DNA of 64,000 nucleotides from Haliotis rufescens (lineage: Eukaryota): positions 10,044,001-10,108,000 of the forward strand of contig NW_025964223.1 in NCBI RefSeq assembly GCF_023055435.1. The letters are read 5' to 3'. Numbering within the stretch: the first letter of the stretch is position 1; every line of letters starts with the position of its first letter. This document shows, in pieces, positions 22,623 to 37,123 of the stretch. The notes below the pieces were generated by a model, which made no database searches, was not told the origin of the DNA, and worked only from the letters and a program-made list of their open reading frames with translations. The position numbers and the translations under genes were made by a program.

Positions 22623-25600
22623 CAGTCTCCTTGCAGTGGGTTGCGTCCCTGTGTCGGCGGAGGACGGTAGTCTGGTGGTTGAGGGCACTGGATCCAGGAA
22701 TAGTGTTCCTATTGGCTGGTCATGTCGAGCCCTGTGCATTATTTTATTTGCGCAATCATTTTAATTGAAATTTGACTTATACTTTAGGACTTGACCCAAT
22801 TATATATTTATTTAAGCTTGAATTTTGCTTGTGAAATCTTTCAGATGCCTAGACTCGTATATCCAGAAGGCGGTGGCTCATGGGCCAATCCGGTGGATTA
22901 ATTAATTTTTAATTAATTCTTCTGCTTGAGTATACCATCTCAGTATCCTTGGTGCCTACAGGTGGAGATCCACTGGTCTTTATGACAGTCCGTGGTGGTG
23001 AGGAGCTGGGGTGTTGAACCATATACAAAATCAACATGGCACAACCAAAAAAAAACAACCAAAAACGTTCCCTGGATGATTCCTCAGTTGAGGTAAATAC
23101 TATTTTGAAGAATTCTTCAAACAACAGTTGGTCTCGATTTTTAGTGGTTACTGCTTCTGATGGTACCCCCTTGAAGCTTAACCCATTTGCCATTTCTAAG
23201 GCACTTTATGACATTGCTGGTTATGTACAGGATGTCGAGAAAATTAGATCTGGATTTCTGCTGGTGGAATGCAAAATCTCCAAACAATCTTCAATGTTGC
23301 AAGCTGCCAAACAGTTGGTTTCCACCCCTGTTCTGATTCCTCCTCACAAAACTCTAAATTCAGCAAAGGTATCGTCAGAGACAGGGATCGTTGTCTCTGT
23401 GATAAGACAGAAAATGAAATAGCCGCCGAATTACAAGATCAGGGAGTCACAAATGTCAAACGTTTCACTTACAAAAGAGATGAAACAATTTTATAGTCAA
23501 ATACCTATCACATGACCTTTTCAAACCTTTCCAAACACACTTCGATGTTACAAGTTCCAGCAGTTTGGGCATGGTGCCCAATCATTCAAAAATCACAAGA
23601 TCTGCCATCAATGTGGAGAACATGACTATGAACTGATGAGAAATGTACAAAATCACCTGACTGTGCGAATTGTTCTGGACATCATGTGACTTCCTCAAAG
23701 ACCTGTCCACAGTTCAAACTTCAACTCAAAATTGTACAATTAAACCTGAAAAAAACATAACATTCCCTGAATAAAGCGTTTGGTCAAGGCTTCTACCTCT
23801 CCAAGCACAGCTGTATCCTACTCGGCAGCTGTCTCTTGCATACCTTCAAAATCAGTCATGTCTGTGCAATTCCACACTGACATTACTTGGATTTTGGCAG
23901 ACAACTATTCTTTGTTACAGTCCAGTGCTTCTTCAAAAACAGATGAAGCACCTGTGTCAACGCCATCAGTAGCAACAGCACCACCGGCAACAAAGGCAAC
24001 TCCTGTTGTAAAAAGTGCAAACAAAAACGTTGATTACTCACAAAAATCAGACTGTGTACCAAAGGGTCACCGTGACCCTATTCAATTTTATAACCGATAC
24101 CAAACCTTAGAGGACATGGATGTCTCTCCTCATCCTAATGGGCGCAACAGAAGTAAGCCCCCTCGCAATGGGAGACGTAGATCTCCTGTTCATCCACCAA
24201 TAACTTGATATTATGAATCCACTGATTCAGTGGAATTGCAGAGGTCTTAAAACCAATTTTAATTAATTACATTTTTTAATACAAGATTTTAACCCATCAA
24301 CAATCTGTCTCCAGGAGACATATCTCAAACAGACTGACAACTTTGATTTACGTCGGTATAGTTTCATTTTCTCCTCCAGGTGTTAATGCTGCTGTGGCGC
24401 TTCAAAACAATCTTCAAGCTGTTGCAGTAAGACTGACTTTGCACATAACATTTCCTCTGTGCTCTCTATATATTTCCTCTTCTTCTGCGCTTCAGCAATC
24501 AGACCTTCAATCACTATATGCCCAGCTCCCAAAGCCCTGCTTGATCATGGGTGATTTAAACGGACATAACCCATTTTGGGGAAGGGTTGCCGTTAATCCT
24601 AAAGGTAAAGTCCTTGAAGATTGTATTTCCGATAACAACTTGTCCATTTTCAATAATGGATGAAGTACATATTTAAATCCTGCTACTGGTACCTATTCCG
24701 CTTTAGATTTGTCACTTACAGATTCCAAACTCTTAAACGAATTTACATGGTCTGTTCACAATGACTGGTGTGGAAGCCATCATTTCCCTTCAATCCCAAC
24801 AGCAAATAATCCATCTGATGTTCCACCCACATCAAGGTGGGTTGAAGCCTGATGAGTTCAGAAATGTAACTGATCCTATAGCTGTTTTCTAATATTTTAA
24901 ACGAAATTGCCGGCATAACCATTCCAAAGTCCTCTGCAAATCCACACATTCGAAAACCATGGTTTGATAAAGAATGCAAACAGGCTAGGAAGAGTAGGGA
25001 AAAGGCTGAGAAATATTTCCGCCGACATCCAACTGTCCATAATTTCAATCGTGTTAAGATTACAAGTGCCAGGGCATGCCGTACCTTCATGCAAAATAAG
25101 AGTAAGTCTTGGAGGAATAACGTCTCTAAAATTAATTCTCGCACGCCTATATCCATGGTGTGGAACATGATTGCAAAAGTTAAAGGCAAAGGTTCAAAAT
25201 CGAGTGTCCACCATCTCAAAGACCGTGACCATCTGTTAACAGATAAATCAGACATTGCCAATAAATAAGTTAAACGCTGGCCAAACACTCTTCATCATCA
25301 AACTACGATCCTAAGTTTCAAAATTATCAGGAAGAACAGGAAAAGAAGAGGGATGATTTTACTTCTCAAGATGGAGAAGATTATAATGAGGTATTTTCGC
25401 TCCACGAGCTAAATGCTGCACTAGGTCAAGCGCACGACACTGCAACGGGAGATGATAATATTCATTATCAGCTCCTGAAGCATTTGCCTAATTCATGTTT
25501 AGAGACGCTTCATGATATATTCGATCAGATCTGGACGTCAGGAAATTTTCCGTCTTCGTGGCGTAATGCAATAGTTGTTCCCAACTATTGCATCCAATTA

Positions 25601-27790
25601 TCGACTAATATCACTAACCAACAGTGAGTGCAAAACCATGGAGCGAATGGTAAACAATCGACTAGTGTGGTACTTGGAAACTAACAATCTTATAAGTAAC
25701 AACCAATGTGGTTTCCGTCAAAATAGAAGTCCTATCGGGTACGTATAGAATCTTTTGTCAAAAATGCAATTGTCAAAAATCATCATGCAGTATCAATCGT
25801 TTTTGATTTAGAAAAAAGTGTATGATACCACATGGAAGCATGGTATTTTAAAAGATCTACATGATTTGAGGTGAAGATGCCGTTAACAGGCGGGCAATTT
25901 CGTGTGGGTTCCACCCTGTCTGACCATTATAATCAGGATCAGGAAGTCCCACAAGGCAGTATTTTGTCTGTAACTATGTTTAGTATAAAGATTAATAGTC
26001 AAAGGTTTTAAATTATTGCATTCCCTTTTTCCGGACGACTTCAATATTTCATTTCATGGAAAAAATATGCATACCATCGAGAGACAGTTGCAGCTTTGTC
26101 TCAACAAAATCAAAAAATGTTGGCTCGAAAATGGTTTTAAGTTTTCCAAAGCTGAGACCAATTGTATTCATTTCTGTAGGAAATACAAGCATCATAAAGA
26201 TCCAGAGCTATTTTTACAAGGCACTCCTGTCAAGGTTGTAGAAGAAGCCAAGTTCCTGGGTCTCATTTTCGATCACCATTGACTTTGAAGCCACATATTG
26301 ATTATCTTGAAACTAAATGCCTAAATGCTCTAGATTTGTTGAAAGTTATTGCTAATACAATATGGTGAGGTGATCAGACAACCCTCCTCCACTTGTATAG
26401 ATCCGCTCTAAATTAGATTATGGCTCCATCGTTTATGGTGGAGCCTGTAAGAGCAATTTACAGAAGTTAGATTCGATTCACCATCAGGGCCTACGACTCT
26501 GTCTTGGTGCATTTCGAACATCTCCTGTGGACAGCCTATATGTAGAAGCTGGTGAACCTTCATTGAAGCAACGCCGTATCAAATTATCACTACAATACAT
26601 ATCGAAATTACATTCTAACCCATTAAACCCTGCATACAACTGTGTTTTCCAACAACTTTATGAACATTTTTTTTACAGTAAGCCTAAGCTGGTCCCATCA
26701 CTTGGCATTCGGATTAAACCCCATATTACAGCTGCCAATATTGATTTTGATAATCAATATTTGATAATATTTCTCCTTTCAGGCTTTTGTCGTCTCCTCC
26801 TTGGCAACTTATCAGACCGGAAGTGGACTTTACTCTTACACAATTTAAAAAATCACAAATCAATTGATGTACCAACAAGAATTTATAGAAGTTAGAACTA
26901 AATATGAATCCCACCGCTTCATTTTAACAGATGGATCCAAGGACGGTAGCTGCCGTCATTGGATCAAAAACCGTATCATCCCGCTTACCAGACCATAGCT
27001 CAATTTTCACAGCTGAAGCCAAAGAAATATAAACTGCTTTGGAATATATCCAAAATCAGTCCAGTTGTAAATGGTTCATCATCTATTCAGATTTATTGTC
27101 GTGTCTACAGGCAATAAAATCTAGCTCTTCACATCATCCATTCATTTTAGATATTTTAGAACTATATAATGACCTTACGACATCGTCTTTTGCTGGTTGC
27201 CCATTCATGTTGGAATCACGGGTAACACTATGGCTGATGCTGCAGCAAAAGCAGCTCTCAACAAATCTGTGAGACCACTTCTTTTCCCATACAGTGACTA
27301 TAAACCTGTTATTAGATGCTATATCAAAGACCTAATGCAAAAGAAGTGGGAGACCCAAGATAAAACTAACTATTGGTTACACCTACTTGGGTTGTCAGTC
27401 CAGATTTGAAGAGGTCATTATGCGACGTTGTCGTATTGGCCATTCGCTCTATACCCATGAATATTTATTTAAAGGTGAAGATCCTCCATGCTGTGTCCCT
27501 TGTGATGAAAGAACCACAGTTAAGCATGTCCTGCTTGACTGTATTGATTTTTCCATCACAAGGGGAACTTGTTTCCAGGTTTCATCCAGAAAGGATCTTT
27601 TTAATCAAGTTAGTACTCGTTTAATTCTTGGTTTTTTTAAAAGACATTGAGTTAATAGATATTTTTGATAAGATGTATTGTAAAAAGTAAGTGATTAAAA
27701 TTTGGTAAAATGATGATATAACTGTGATTGTTAGTGGCTGTACCTTCAAATGGGGTTGAAGTAACGTAAAATAATTGTCCCTCTGAGATC
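22551..27790 (+). mobile_element. Near full-length decayed I/Nimb-type LINE: structured 5' UTR, gag-like ORF1 (~23036-24208), ORF2 APE-RT-RNase H (~24213-27650), 3' UTR truncated
   Basis: ORF1 zinc-knuckle remnants (CYKFQQFGH, CANCSGHH); ORF2 begins MNPLIQWNCRGL, then LQET, MGDLNGH, VPQGSILS, FPDD, KFLGLIFD, TDGSK, WLPIHVGITGN; many frameshifts. Confidence 0.92.
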
Positions 27791-27839
27791 GCCCACTTCA
27801 CCCGATCACACATTTCGCATTTCTTAGACCTCAGGCTAG

Positions 27840-30190
27840 TTTAAGGAATGTTCAATTATGTTCATATTTTCGTATGCCAAAATTTCACAGCCATATAATA
27901 ATATTAGTAATACCATTACATCTAAAGCCTTAAGTAAACAATCCGAAGAAATATTATTATTACTAGAAAACAGAACCTGGCTTTAGAAGCACTGTCCACT
28001 AAACATTTTATTGCTGGCTTGAAATTTCTGTGTCTACTAAATAGAACACCTAGATACGTATAATTGTCTGCGATATCAATTTCCGTATTCTCCAAATAAA
28101 AAGATAATCTACTGTTTTGATAATCTGGAGTTCAGCAAAGAGGACAGTGTCATTAACATAAGAAGGGTTAAGAAACAGATACATAAATGTACATGTAAAG
28201 CGTTAACACCACCAATTTTCACACTCGTGCATCCGTTTTTCACAAGGATTTTTTCAAGAACATTGACAAAATAAGAGTGGTGAAAAATGTTCTCCTTGCC
28301 GCACATCCGGGTGACATGGGAAATAATCTGATATTACGCCATTTACAGACACACATGGTCTTATATTTGCATACATATTTTGAACTAACTGCAAGAAATT
28401 ACCCTTCATACCATTATCTTATGCCACAACTCTCCACACATTATAGAAGGCTTTTGAAAAATCAATGAAAGCGCAGAATAATTGTTTAAGAATTTGAATG
28501 AGCATATCCAATACAAAAATGTTATCATTTGTCGAGTAACCCTTTCTAAATCCGGCTTGCGCTGAGGTTAAGACATTATTTACCTCAAGGAAATTATGTT
28601 ATCTATTATTGAGAACAGTGGTGAAAAGTTTACCAAAGCAGCTGAGTATTGTAATGGGTCTGTAAGCGTTAGGGTCTGAATTGGTACTTTTCCCCTTGTA
28701 AATAGGACGTATAGAGCAAGAGAAAAATGCCTTAGGTAATATTCCTGAAGCTAATATCAAATTGAAATAATCGACTAATAATCTTCCAAAGACTTTAAAC
28801 GAATCAATAAAATAGTCGTTCTCAATTTGGTCAGTCCCTGTGGCTTTGTTACGTTGAAGACTCTGAATGGACAATGATATTTCATCAAAGGTTAAATCAT
28901 TATTCAAAACATTGTCATCATGATTAATTTAAAACTTCCTTTTCTTCATTTATTTCTACATAACCCATATGGTGTTCATCATTAGTGTTCTTAAAATGTT
29001 TAAAAAAATCAGTAGTATCGGGTGTTTTCGAATTTTGGTTTCTATTGCTCTCATTGAGGATTTTCTAGAATTCTTTAGGTGCATATTTAGCTTTTTCTCT
29101 TGTCACTGTACTAAATTCTGCTTTGTACTTATAAATATGTTTCTTAATGCACTTCTTATACTCTTTTGAACTTTGTCGAGAATAAAGTTTATTAATTTCT
29201 GATTTACGTTTAAACTATCGGCGTTTTGAATTATAAAATGTTTCACGTTTATTTCGACATTCTGTCCTAAACCAGGGTTTGTGATTTTGACATTTTATCG
29301 GGCCATGGCAAACTGGACGCCTTTCCCCAAGCGTTGCACGTGCTGCTTCAGTTAGCAGATGCGCGATCTCCTCAGCAAATTAATTAATAGCACATGCTTG
29401 GTCGTCATGATTTCAATAAATTGGTTAGTTGTGGGACAGCTTCTGTGTTGATATTATTTACAAATGCATTTGTTTTATTATTTTTTATAATGTTTAGGTT
29501 TTGCATAGCGATCTTTTAGGGGGATGTTTGAAATGATGTTTTGCATACTTGCAGTACTGACTGTGGTTGTATTACTACTATTTCAAGTGAGTGCAAACAT
29601 ATGGGGACAATGGCTATCTGAGCACGGATGGGAAAATTCACCAAAATAAAATTCATTAAAACATGGAAGGCATATACATGAAGATAGGACATAATCAACT
29701 AAAATGGAATCTTTACAAGTAACTTTATCAACTCATTTGTCTTAAGCCTGCCATTACATATAAACATATTGGTATTCTTACATAACTCTACCTGCGTAAA
29801 TCCTTGGCCATTGACTGTTCTTTGATCTTGATTACTTCGTGTAGTTGGTAAAGATAAGGTTGGTTGGTTGGTTTGTTGTTTAACGCCGCACTCAGCAATA
29901 TTCCAGCTATATGACGGCGGTGGTAATGATAAGGAGTGAAGTACATTTTCAGGTTCATATTTATCTTTCATCTTTCTTCAATGTCTTTATCAAGTTCTTC
30001 ATACCGTACCATGCTCTACCAGCACTTCCCCCACAAAAATAGCATAACACTTCTCCTAAATCCTCCCTCCCCCTTCCTGGCAATCTTTTCAACTATATCA
30101 AACGTCATTAAAAACAGGAATCTGCAAAGCAAATTTTAGAACTGTCCCACACAAGACACCTTTTATATACAAATATCAACAAACACCATT
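27840..30190 (-). mobile_element. Decayed RTEX/CR1-type LINE ORF2 fragment, with a nested S1 tail (29860-29920, TSD TGGTAA(A/T)GATAAGG)
   Basis: NKATGTDQI, PIYKGK, YRPITILSCFGKLFT, QAGFRKG. Confidence 0.8.
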
Positions 30191-31229
30191 TTCTTGATTT
30201 CGGATCGTAATCGAAATTACAAGAACGGATTATCTTTTACGACGGTCGCGCGCAAAATTAAAGCTTAACCATACACGCTAACGATTTATAACCTAGGAAA
30301 TAGGTTTATCCCAGTTTGTCTCTATTTCATAGACTTTATATTATAAAATCAGCTTAACTGATACACATGATTCATCTATATTTTATGCTTTACAACAATG
30401 TTACCATTATTATATTATCTCTTACTTTGTTGCCGGTTCAGCTTCTCCTCTCCGTACACCACGTCTATTAATAAGCCCTCATCAAACCAACTACTTCAGC
30501 ATTTTTATTTCATACAGGAAAATACCTGTACAATTTATATATTTTTTTACAACCCCTATTGCAGCTCATTGTGATCATGAACTGTCATTTGGGCCCATTT
30601 CTCAGCCTTTTCCTAATTATCATATTGTCAAGTCGAGAATGTATATTATTTATAAACATCTAACATAAAATCTAAGGTTATTTTTGTGCCGTTTTTATTG
30701 GGATTTTCTTAAACTGAACTGTCATGAATATGATCCCCATAGTAGTCACTATTTACTGAACTTCGATCTCATTGTCGAACTAGCCGCATCTTATTAAAGT
30801 AGATTTGTCTGCCGGATAAAGTGCACACCAAAAGGTAATCATATATCATAACTTTAATGTACGTCAACAATATTTCTGTATGCCAAATGAGTGGTCGAAC
30901 ATGGATATGCCATGATAAGGCAATTGAAAGTTGACATATTTTGATGTTACATGACTATACACTGATATTATCTGTAAAACCCTTTCCATAACCATAAAAC
31001 ACCCCTGTCAAAAACAGAGTCGACAGCACAATTCCGACCACATCGTGAGCATGTGTCCATGCATCACTATCGAACAGTGGACCGCCTCCGTGGTTTAGTG
31101 GTAGAGCTTATGCACACTCGATGACCCCAGCAACCTTGTTCCTAGGCTGACGTCACAAGGCATTGTTTCGCCGATGGATCTTGCAACAAAATTCCACAAA
31201 TTACGTCATCGGGTATTGTTATTGTAAAC

Positions 31230-31348
31230 TTTGTGGTGCAAGGCTCGTTCCACAAGACGATCGTATTGTAGCGCAACGACAGTCGTTAGTCTAAGTTAAA
31301 GTATGTGAGTTGCGATAGTCTTAGCCCTACGATAATTTTGTGAATTCT
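31230..31348. mobile_element. Short palindromic MITE-like repeat
   Basis: CACAAGACGATCGTA...TACGATAATTTTGTG inverted ends. Confidence 0.45.
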
Positions 31349-31509
31349 AAAGGTGGACCGTTGTATGGTATTAAATTCATACGTTTCAACTTTTTACGTG
31401 TTTGAAGTATTATTCTGTTTAACTCAATTGGACTATGCCGTGGATCGTGTAGGTGTCAGCCTATTCATATTCAACAGTATAATTAAAAAAAACGTTATAA
31501 ATGGCAAGT

Positions 31510-31611
31510 AATAAATAAAATACTAAACGAGCTCTCGTCAGATACCACAACTATTCTCTCGTTTCATAAAATTGGTATTACACGGGAGCTCGTTTAGTAT
31601 TCTATATTTAT
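31510..31611. mobile_element. ~100-bp MITE
   Basis: AATACTAAACGAGCTCTCGT / ACGGGAGCTCGTTTAGTATT inverted repeat. Confidence 0.75.
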
Positions 31612-31944
31612 TACCCATATGGGCTCAAATATGCAATAACTTTTTGATATTTGCACAGTGTGCAATTAGTGATACTCGAAGCTGATTGGTCAGTTGGACA
31701 AGATCAATTTTCATTGGACTATTTGTTTCTCATTCCATTCATCATAAATCCACGCCTTTCCCTTCAGATGTTTTACGTGCTACAATCTCAATGATTCGAG
31801 ATTTTTAAGACAAGAACCATAGTTTCATATCAACAACATGATTCCACAATAATTATTTTTCTTTTATTTCACATGATTTTCGTTTTACAGTAAAAACCAA
31901 AACTACGTCTGCGTTTGTAAACACACATTTGACACCTGTCAAAG

Positions 31945-34900
31945 TAGGATAGGATAAGTTTTATTCCATACTGAAAGGCCTCAGGCCCATAGTACAATTC
32001 TGTTTTCGGGAGTGGTTACAGATCCCTTTAACAGGTCATATTCTAACAAACATAGCATGATAAATGAACATTGACAGATTTCTTAGAGTATCTTAATCAG
32101 TTGTTGACATGATCGTTGTAAATTTTGTAGAGTGGGATGTACATAACAAGGCGGATCAGTATATTTTCTTCTAAGGTGGTCGTATTTTGGACAAACTAAC
32201 AGAAAGTGAAACTCATCTTCAATGACATTTAAATCACATTGCTCACATATTCTCAATTCTCTGGCTATGTTTCTATGCGTGCCGACTTCGATCCTTAGTC
32301 TCTGAGAGCTGCATCTAAATTGTGCTAAACTTATTCTAAACCTTTTAAAGTTGATGTCAAACAAATAGTATTCTGGGGAAATTGTTGTCTTGAAAAGCTT
32401 GTAACAATTGCATTTTTCTGAACTTAAAACATGCGATGCCCATTTTTGTAAGTATATATCCTTAAGTGTTTGGCGTAAAGATACTAAAAATCAATCTGGA
32501 TTGTTTGGTACACATTGATTATGCCAAACATACCCATAGCCGCAATCATTTAATAACGACTTTACATCATATACCCAATTGCGGATTCCATGTTTTTCAT
32601 ACAATAACATCATATTGTAACATTTTCTAGGTAATCTATCAATAGGCATTTTAAGAATCTTGAACCAATACTTGAGAATTCTAATATGTTGAAATATGTA
32701 AAGTGGTACACGTCCACATTCACCATATACCATAACACTCGATGTAGAGTTTTTTACGCCAAGGAATCGTTTACAAGCATATAGATGGACCAGTTCAATA
32801 GCTCTGTATTCAGTATACCCCCAGACCTCTGCTCCATATAAAAGAATTGGAGTAATTTTTGTATCAAATATTTTAAAAAAGGTTTGATATGAAAGATCAG
32901 TGAAAGTTTTAAAACTATGTAAGATTCCCATTAGTATCTTTTTTACCTGCATTGCTGCATTACCGGTGTGGTAATTCCACGATACTCTGCCTGTGAAGGT
33001 TACCCCCAGATATTTATAAGAAGTGACAATTTGTAACGGTTGTGAGTTGAAGAACCATTTTTCCCTACTTGATAGTTTATTTCCCTTTTTGAAAACTAAC
33101 ACTTTCGTTTTCTCAGTGTTCACTTGGAGTTTACAATTAGAACAGTACAGCTCCAGTTGATCTATCAAATTCTGTAAACCTTTTATCGTACTAGAGAACA
33201 GGACTATATCATCAGCAAAAAGCAACAGAAATATCTTAACAATATCTGGATGCAGCTGTATACCATCCGTACAATTTTCCTTAATTGTTGCAGCCAGTTC
33301 ATTGATTAAAAAACAAAACAGGAAGGGGCTAAGAACACAGCCTTGGCGTACTCCAATGTTACATGTGAAGACATCAGAGTATATTCCCCGATTGTTAACA
33401 CATGACTTTACATTTTGATAAGTACTGCATAATAATTTACCCATTTTATTACTCACACCATTTGAAAGAAACAATGACCACATTATATTTCTGTTTACAG
33501 AATCAAACGCTTTTTTGAAATCTACAAAAATTGCATAAAACTTTCCACCTTTTCTCTGCATGTATTTATGAATAATCGCATTAAGTACGAAAATATTATC
33601 CGTGGTTGAGAACCCTTATCTAAAACCTGCTTGTTCTTCCGAAATTTTATCTGATGAATCTGACCAAAAAGTGAGCCTTTTATTAATAATAGAAACAAAT
33701 ATTTTGCTAAAAACACTCAGAAGGGTAATTCCTCGATGATTTTTTGTATCGGTACGTGATCCTGATTTATGTAATGGAACAAGCACACCGATAGCCCACT
33801 CTTTTGGGAAATAAGACGTTTCTAAAATCATATTAAACAGTAATTCAAGGTATGGGAGTAGAATATTAACAGAATGTTTAAAAAAATCTGGAATTAAACC
33901 ATCTATGCCGGAACTCTTGCTGTTTTTCAAATCGTAGATAGCTTTTTGAATTTCCTCTCTTGTGATTGGCGAGTCAAGAATTGTAGCAGTTATGTCATTG
34001 TCACATGTTTCCTGATCTGATAATTCAAAGAAGGTATCATTCCTAACACCATTACCACTAAACATATTTTTGTAATAATCATACCATTTATCATTTTCAA
34101 TATTATTTTTAAACTCATAATGTGGATTTAGCTTGTGGAGGGTTGTCCAAAATTCTTTCGACGATTTAATGTTATCTTCCAAATATTGTTTTTTCTTTTC
34201 AAGAAATATGATCTTCTTTTCCCTGCACGTGGTTTTGTAAAGATTTCTAATTCTTGTATATTCCCTTAACGACTGTAAATCTTTATCTCTTCTGAATTTG
34301 ATGAGGCATGTACATCTCTCTTTTTTTAGTAAATGACATTCCAAATCAAACAATTGTTGTATTTTCTTGTCCACGTGAACCACTTTCTTCATTTCGTTCC
34401 CAGCATAGGAGAGTGCCCTTCTAATAAACTCGATACTTTCATCAATATTTGTGAATACGGCATCTACTGCTTTTTCAACAAGTGATACAAACTTGTCTGA
34501 AGCTAAGTTACAAAGAAATATTTCTTCTTTATCAATTCTCCACATAAATCTAAATGTACTTGCATAATTCATATCATCATAACCCTCGATGACTGAGTGA
34601 AGCGTACACGTACGTAAAGCCATTGTTAATGGAAAATGTTGCGACTCGTACCGTGTGTCTATGTCGTATGTCTTACAGAGGTCACACATATGTACGATGG
34701 AGATGATATAGTCATTTACGCTCGCCCCTGTACTACTAATGAATGTATAGTCCCCAATACCAGCGTCACTGCCACAACGACCATTCATAATATGAATATT
34801 TAAGACAGACTATAGGTTCAACAAACATTTACCAAACTTATTTAAAATAGTGTCAGCAGAGTATCTCTGCAAATCAAAATGGTCTATCAAGAAATCCCAG

Positions 34901-35360
34901 GACGAGTTATCACGCCCTTCAAGATAATCCAAATAGTCGTCTTCCACAAAGTCGGGTTCTGTCCCTGTTCTGGAGTTAAAATCAAAGTCACAGTCATCTA
35001 ATTTAGATTTCAATCCAGATATATTCCAATATAAGAGTTTTATTGTAGGAGAGTCATCACTTTTTAAATCCTCTGAGTCTGGGTATGGGCCCCGGCCACA
35101 CCCCTAGGTAGTGCGGTCCTGCTGGCTGCCCCTAGAGCTGGTAGCCTGACTGCGGGTAGTGGGGCGCGAACTCCCCTCATTCCTGGGTGAATTGTTCATT
35201 CTGTCAGAGACCCCACCTCTTCTCCCATCCGAGACATTGATTGAAGCATCCGTAACCTGTTTGGGTGCTGACACAATTTTACCACCTTTATAAATGACCT
35301 CGATAAGCGGACGGAGATCTGGCGGACATGAAGAGTTATTCGTATAATTCAACCTCTGAA
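31945..35360 (-). mobile_element. RTEX/CR1-type LINE, mostly intact ORF2 (partial APE, RT, C-terminal CxxC..EDE.HFLLxC)
   Basis: ORFs 34788-33616 and 33561-32491: SQHFP, KSSGIDG, FVDFKKAFDSV, GVRQGCVLSP, LFADD, YKYLG; AATAAA + (ATCCT)n tail. Clade assignment tentative. Confidence 0.9.
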
Positions 35361-36986
35361 CACATTTAATGTCTTTGTTGTCAAAACTGCTTATGGCCAG
35401 ATTTAAGTTCCAAGATTCAGATTGTGATGTTGCCAGAAACTATTTCTGGTGCGCCATGATCAACACCACCAACTCCGGGTTTGCGTCTATGTTAGAGGAC
35501 TTGCTGTTTGGCGAATTTTATGACCACCCGAATAAAAAAAACGGACTTAGTACAGACAGGTTTGCCTTTGTTAACGATGATGACATCGATAACTGCCAAT
35601 GAAAATGAAAACACAATGAAAGAGACTAAACTTGACAAGTTGACATGAACTTAGTTCAAATTTATACATGTAAGAAAAACACGAAAAATAAGACTACTCA
35701 CACTTTCAATGATGGCATGAGTTATAAAAACAAGTTCATTTTGCAACAACATTTAGACTTTCCGAAAGACATTATAAAGATACACAATTTCGTAGAATAT
35801 ACGTTTTTGTAACTGGGACGTCAGCACAGTACGGCGCTGAGCGGTATGCAGGCTGACTGATGCCCGGGCACCATATGAGGGTTAATGACACAGGAAAGGT
35901 GCAACTAAACATTATTCTTTGCAAATATATCATTTCGGCATGCACATCAGACGGTTCAGAATTCGAAATGTCTACTTTGAAGGAGAACAAGGGTAGCATA
36001 GAGTGTTACCTTGGCCACAAGATTACCAACATCTGGTTGCGAAATCGAAGCACGTTGCTGAACTGATAGGTTTTGAAATCAAACCAAAAATAATTAAAAA
36101 TACAAGAAAGGAAAACTTACCCCAGCGAGCTGATCCTGTGTCCGATATTGAACTAAATAAACTCCGTGGATGCGGACAGCTTGTTACCAAGTCTCCAGAT
36201 ACCGTGTTAAAGTCTATCAACATGTATTCGACTATTATGAATCATATCAAAATATCAACAAACTCCCGTCGTCTGACTGTCTACTCCACAAGCGTGATTG
36301 ACAAGTCTTCCTAAAATTCCACATGCACATGTTTCCATTCAGTCACACTTGTCTCAAATCACACACGATGTTCATTAAACTTGTTGTCCGGTTTAAACTG
36401 TAACGCCGGTTCTCTTGTCATTCCTGGTTTCGGCTGTCTCATATCTGGGTCAAGTTGGGTCATTCATTCCGACACGGTGACAGCAATCGTACTTTTCAAA
36501 GGTTACCTTCTTTTCGTAACTTTTCTCAGACAAACAAGACTTCTGTACATTCCGTCTATGTTGTTGTTATTGGTTTTGGCATTTTTTTCAAATGACACAT
36601 TAAAAATTTGACAGGTTTTCCGTGTTTCCTCTTCTCAACGTGAAATGCATGACTCTGCCGATGGACGACGGGGTCTGTCTGTCAGCGACGAGATCTTGTC
36701 AAAACAATTTTAAGCCTTGATTAAAAAACCTGATGAACCTTTTTTGAAACTTGTCTTCTTTATCAATGCTGTGTAAATCGGACAGAAATATAACTGCATT
36801 AATGTGATCTTTATAGTTTTTTAACAGAACTATATTTTTCACGCTTAACAACACGTTAAATGAGTAATACGATTGGAGTGAATAGACAGTGTTTTTTCAC
36901 ACGCGGATTGATACAACACAGCTGATTCTTAATCGGCGACAGGCTTTTACCCTTGAAACGTCTTTAATATGATTATAGGTAAAAAA

Positions 36987-37085
36987 TAGAATAACCCACT
37001 CTGTACGCTAAAGCTCGGAACTTAAAAAATTAATTTCACTCGTGACATATTTTCCGTACTCACTCGTACCTCGTGGGTTATTCTA
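36987..37085. mobile_element. ~100-bp MITE
   Basis: Perfect 13-bp TIR TAGAATAACCCAC / GTGGGTTATTCTA. Confidence 0.75.
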
Positions 37086-37123
37086 TAATGTACAATACAT
37101 GTAATTGTATAAAATAATTTAAT

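Noticed and set aside
35369-36611. Cluster of short ORFs between the LINE and the Penelope element as a host gene
   Set aside because: No recognisable domain, no consistent splice pattern, ORFs on both strands; probably decayed repeat sequence.
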